A stretch of DNA of 37,569 nucleotides from Rhizaria sp. SCN 62-66 (taxonomy: Eukaryota): positions 1 to 37,569 of the forward strand of contig MEDY01000467.1 of the NCBI GenBank assembly GCA_001724265.1. The letters are read 5' to 3'. The translations under genes and the position numbers were made by a program. Under the pieces are notes generated by a model, which had not been told where the DNA came from, made no database searches, and was given only the letters and a program-made list of their open reading frames with translations. Position 1 is the stretch's first letter; each line of letters opens with the position of its first letter. Shown here piece by piece: positions 34,045-37,569 of this stretch.

Positions 34045-34814
34045 GAGTCAGTCCAATGCAACCAACGGCTGCTGGTTTGGAGTCGTTCGTGAAGAGAGGT
34101 GGAGAGTTGACTTGTTTGATGCTGTGGCTGAGACCGACAGAGGCTCACCAGAGTTAAAAGTGAGACCCTTGTTGTTGCAATCACAAACAGATGCGCACTC
34201 CAAGTACCCGCTACAGCGTATAACAAAGCTGTAAGAACACGGAACAAGCAAGGCAGACGTCAAGGAAGAAGGAGGAGCAGTGAGTTGCTAAGGGATGTGC
34301 GTTTCGGAAGCGAACGGAGTGTGTAGCCCAGGTAAACTGGGTCAATAAGAGTAGTGAAAGTAAAATTGTACCCAAATAACATAAACAGCGCACCCGTTCA
34401 AAAAGAAACACCATTAACGGATAACTGATGTCCCTGCACCATGTCAAAGTTATCCCCTCTGTTGTCGAAGTCTCTGCCCACAGTCACACCAGTCGGTCAC
34501 AGTCGGTCTCAATTGACTTGGCGGCTTGACTTTCGTCCTCCAGAGCGATGGTCTCCTTCCCAGAGTTAATCTCCAAATCGGGTTTTGAGGCTACAGACGA
34601 GCTCGAGTGACACTTTAATTTATCAATCGCGGAGTTTTTGTCTTGTGATATTCTGTTGCGCGCTGCTCAGTGCGTCCATGGACTCTGTGTGCCCGATATG
34701 ACCCTTTGCTACGTCCCCTTTGCCCCATTCTTCTCACCTGCCTCTGCCCTTTCCGCCGCTCTTGCTGCCTCCCTGTGTTCATGTTATCGTCTTTGTTCTC
34801 TACCTACAGGTGTA

Positions 34815-37301
34815 ATGTTCAAGCACAAAGTTGCAGCAATGCTTGCTGCAGTGATGTGTTTGATCCTCTTCACCATGGCCTCGGCCATGGTGCCTGAGGG
34901 ACCTCAAGCCACCTATGAGGTCAGCAACAACCTTGTCGCCTCTGCCGAGGCCGACTCGGACGTCCTCTACTCCGAGGCCGACGTCGCCTACGACGGCGAC
35001 TTCTCGATGGTTGAGATGGACGCTGAGGTTGACGCCGAGGTGGACGCTGACAGCGAGGTTGATGCCGAGATTGACCGTCCCGTCGCCCGTGCTGCTGCGG
35101 CTGCTCGTGCTGCCCCGGCTCCTCGCGCTGCTGCTCCGCGCCCCGCTGCCCGCGCCGCCGCCCGCCGCATGCCCGCCAACCGCGCCGTCCGTGGTGCTGG
35201 TCCCCGCCGCATTGGCAAGGCCCGTCGCGCTGCTCGCCGCGTCGCCCGCAAGGCCCGCCGCGCCGCTCGCCGTGCTGCCCGGAAGGCTCGCCGTGCTGCT
35301 CGCCGCGCCGGCCGTAAGGCCCGTCGTGCTGGCCGCAAGGCTCGCCGCGGCGCCCGCAAGGCTGGCCGTAAGGGCAAGAAGATCGCCCGCAAGGGCCGCA
35401 AGCTTGGTCGCAAACTTCGCCGCAAGATTGGTCGCAAGGGCAAGAAGATTGGTCGCAAGGGCAAGAAGTTCGTCCGCAAGGGCAAGAAGTTCGTCCGCAA
35501 GGGCAAGAAGTTCGTCCGCAAGGCCGGCAACAAGCTCCGCAAGCTCGTCAAGGGTAAGACTACCGGCCCTGTCCGCAAGGTTCCCCCGAAGCCCACCCGT
35601 TCGCAGCGCGTCGCGGCCCGCAAGTTCGCCGTCAAGACCAACAAGGCGCGCCTCGACATGCTGGGCACCAAGGCGCTGCAGGCGGCCGAGGAGAAGGTGC
35701 GCAAGGACGCCCTCAAGGCGCGCACCAACGCCGACGCGGCCACGCGCCGCAAGTACTCCACGCGCAAGTACCCCAAGCCCGACGGCGGCGTCAATTGGCA
35801 CCCGCTGGATAACCTGAACGAGAGCCAGCTCATGGCCGAGGCGCGCAAGCTCCGCACGCAGCTCGCCAACAAGCGCGAGGCGCTCCGCAAGAAGCGCGCT
35901 GCTGATATCGCGCGTGTGACGCGCAAGGTCAACTCACACCATATCACCCCTCTGAAGCGCGTGCCCAAGTACAAGGGCTCGATCCGCATCGGCCATTACA
36001 TGACCGGCGGCCCCATCTCCAAGCCCTCCAAGACGCCCCGCACGTGGCTGCAGAAGTTCCAGGCGACGGTGATGAAGCGTGACGCCAAGCGCTCCCCGGC
36101 TGTCGCGCAGCGCCGCAAGGCCATCATCGACAAGATGGACCGCCTCTACGCGACCGCCAAGCCGACGGAGAACACGTTCGTCCTCGAGTTCCTCCAGGCG
36201 CGCGGGCAGAAGATCCCCGCCGCGCTCGCGCTCAAGGAGTGGGCCGCGGCCAAGAAGTGGTTCTACGCCCAGCGCGTGCGCGAGATCAAGGAGGAGAAGC
36301 GCGACGCCAAGATCCTCAAGCAGGCCGAGGGCCCCGAGTCGCGCGCCGAGAAGGAGGTCTCGAACGACCTTGCCAAGATCGAGAAGGAGTTCTCCGCGCC
36401 CAACTCGAAGCAGATCGACAAGATGGCGACCCAGGAGGAGCAGCTGCGCACCACGCTGTGGAAGTCGGTCTACCCCGCCACGCCCACGGGCAAGGACGGC
36501 GCCGACAACTGGTGGGGCTGCATTGATTGCGCCCAGGAGCCCTCTGCTCCCGTCAAGAAGGCCAGTGGCAAGAAGCCCGCTGCCAAGAAGTCTGCTGCCA
36601 AGAAGGCTGGTCCCAAGAAGGCTGGTCCCAAGAAGATCGGTGGCAAGGCTGGTGTTCGCAAGATTGGCGGCAAGAAGGGCAAGAAGCCCGCTGCGCCCAA
36701 GATCGCGGTCGACCTCACGTTCAACAACGTCGCCCTGCTGGCGCACTACCTCAACCGCTTCCGCATGCGCAACGACGTCGAGCTTGTCAAGGAGGCCCAG
36801 AAGGACGTCATTGACCGCCTCAAGAAGCGCATCGTTGAGAAGACGCTGACTCAGGCCGAGCGCAACGAGATCACCATGGCCAAGGTTGAGGAGCTCGAGA
36901 AGACTGTTGCCTACAACGCTGGCGCTGTCAACATGGTCAAGCGTGGTGTCATTAAGGGCGTCAAGCCCCGCCGCAACCGCTTCCCCGACCCCGACCCGCC
37001 GAAGAGCACCAACTTCGTCAACTATGAGCGCGAGGCCGACATTCAGTTCGCGCGCGGCTTCCTCCAGCCCTCGTTCCGCACGGACCGCGACTCGCTGGAC
37101 ATTGCCTCACTGGAGGACCGCGTCTCGCGCGACTTCCACGACGACATCGTCAAGCAGCACAACATCATCCGCAAGGACATCGTGTGGAAGATGTTCGATG
37201 GCCCTGGCGACTCGACGCAGATCCGCAGCGAGGAGGTCAACCGCCACCGCAAGCGCCACCCTAACGTCCCCATGCCCGACGGCTCCTCGCCCTGGTTCTA
37301 A
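34815..37301 (+). CDS. Secreted orphan protein: signal peptide, acidic pro-like region, K/R-rich heptad repeats, basic C-terminal region (828 aa, single exon)
   Basis: ATG 34815 lies 5 nt after a CAG acceptor. Signal peptide MFKHKVAAMLAAVMCLILFTMASA; acidic DFSMVEMDAEVDAEVDADSEVDAEID; repeats RKARRAA/RKGKKIG/RKGKKFV. Strong C/G-ending codon bias supports real expression. Confidence 0.85.
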   Translation: MFKHKVAAMLAAVMCLILFTMASAMVPEGPQATYEVSNNLVASAEADSDVLYSEADVAYDGDFSMVEMDAEVDAEVDADSEVDAEIDRPVARAAAAARAAPAPRAAAPRPAARAAARRMPANRAVRGAGPRRIGKARRAARRVARKARRAARRAARKARRAARRAGRKARRAGRKARRGARKAGRKGKKIARKGRKLGRKLRRKIGRKGKKIGRKGKKFVRKGKKFVRKGKKFVRKAGNKLRKLVKGKTTGPVRKVPPKPTRSQRVAARKFAVKTNKARLDMLGTKALQAAEEKVRKDALKARTNADAATRRKYSTRKYPKPDGGVNWHPLDNLNESQLMAEARKLRTQLANKREALRKKRAADIARVTRKVNSHHITPLKRVPKYKGSIRIGHYMTGGPISKPSKTPRTWLQKFQATVMKRDAKRSPAVAQRRKAIIDKMDRLYATAKPTENTFVLEFLQARGQKIPAALALKEWAAAKKWFYAQRVREIKEEKRDAKILKQAEGPESRAEKEVSNDLAKIEKEFSAPNSKQIDKMATQEEQLRTTLWKSVYPATPTGKDGADNWWGCIDCAQEPSAPVKKASGKKPAAKKSAAKKAGPKKAGPKKIGGKAGVRKIGGKKGKKPAAPKIAVDLTFNNVALLAHYLNRFRMRNDVELVKEAQKDVIDRLKKRIVEKTLTQAERNEITMAKVEELEKTVAYNAGAVNMVKRGVIKGVKPRRNRFPDPDPPKSTNFVNYEREADIQFARGFLQPSFRTDRDSLDIASLEDRVSRDFHDDIVKQHNIIRKDIVWKMFDGPGDSTQIRSEEVNRHRKRHPNVPMPDGSSPWF
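35454..35516 (+). repeat. Exact 21-nt tandem repeat, 3 copies (RKGKKFV), inside a larger degenerate heptad array at about 35205-35553
   Basis: cgcaagggcaagaagttcgtc occurs three times in a row. Confidence 0.92.
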
Positions 37302-37504
37302 GCGACGTGTGAGTGCGAGTGCAAGTGTTTTGAGGAAGAGGATGAAAGCGAGGACGGCGTGAGCTCGTGCCTCGATTTCAGAAGAAATTAGATATTGCTT
37401 TAGTAATACAATTCATGACTATAATCAAAAAATAGCTTTTTAAACTTGCTCTCTTTTTTGACTTTTCCAATTAACCCCTATGTAGCGTCAACTAAAAAAC
37501 GCGA

Positions 37505-37532
37505 TTTCGCGCTTTTTTTGCGACTTTGGCGC
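37505..37532 (+). promoter_or_regulatory. Pair of E2F-consensus sites (TTTCGCGC, TTTGGCGC), possibly the promoter of the next gene
   Basis: Two exact TTTSSCGC matches at 37505-37512 and 37525-37532, in AT-rich DNA downstream of the last gene. Confidence 0.4.
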
Positions 37533-37569
37533 ACTTTCGTAGAAGTTATCAAACTACGTGGTTTATTTA

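Noticed and set aside
34478-34512. CAGTCACA (Homol-D-like) and recurrent GTGAC/GTCAC words in upstream regions
   Set aside because: A rough count of this 5-mer in intergenic DNA is close to chance expectation; it cannot be supported without genome-wide statistics.
35205-35553. Regular 21-nt repeats considered as a CRISPR array or a protamine/histone H1 gene
   Set aside because: There are no spacers and no cas genes, and the repeats are in-frame coding. The upstream signal peptide argues against a simple nuclear protamine.

Overview
Gene-dense window from the nuclear genome of a eukaryotic microbe, probably a flagellate protist: it encodes an H+-PPase and a PIERCE-type axonemal protein. Exons are GC-rich; introns and intergenic DNA are AT-rich. 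I hand-spliced 14 protein-coding genes: H+-translocating pyrophosphatase (5' part), FARSA, MYG1, TCF25/Rqc1, BUD13, a TauE/SafE transporter, a carnosine-synthase-like ATP-grasp ligase, a secreted beta-rich protein, mitochondrial bL35, a giant VPS9-domain protein, a cold-shock-domain protein, PIERCE1/2-like, a coiled-coil protein, and a secreted acidic/ultra-basic repeat protein. The 12 coding introns (127-373 nt) use a very strict donor: GTACG in 10 of 12. The main signal is that nearly every start codon sits just downstream of a polypyrimidine+AG splice acceptor, yet none has a GTACG donor upstream. This pattern suggests spliced-leader trans-splicing (outrons), here in a genome of mostly head-to-head gene pairs. 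The second highlight is an orphan secreted protein with an acidic SMVE-containing pro-region followed by cationic amphipathic heptad repeats, a candidate extrusome or antimicrobial precursor. I found no supportable rRNA, tRNA, CRISPR or intact mobile element. All family calls come from motif recognition by eye; no searches were run.
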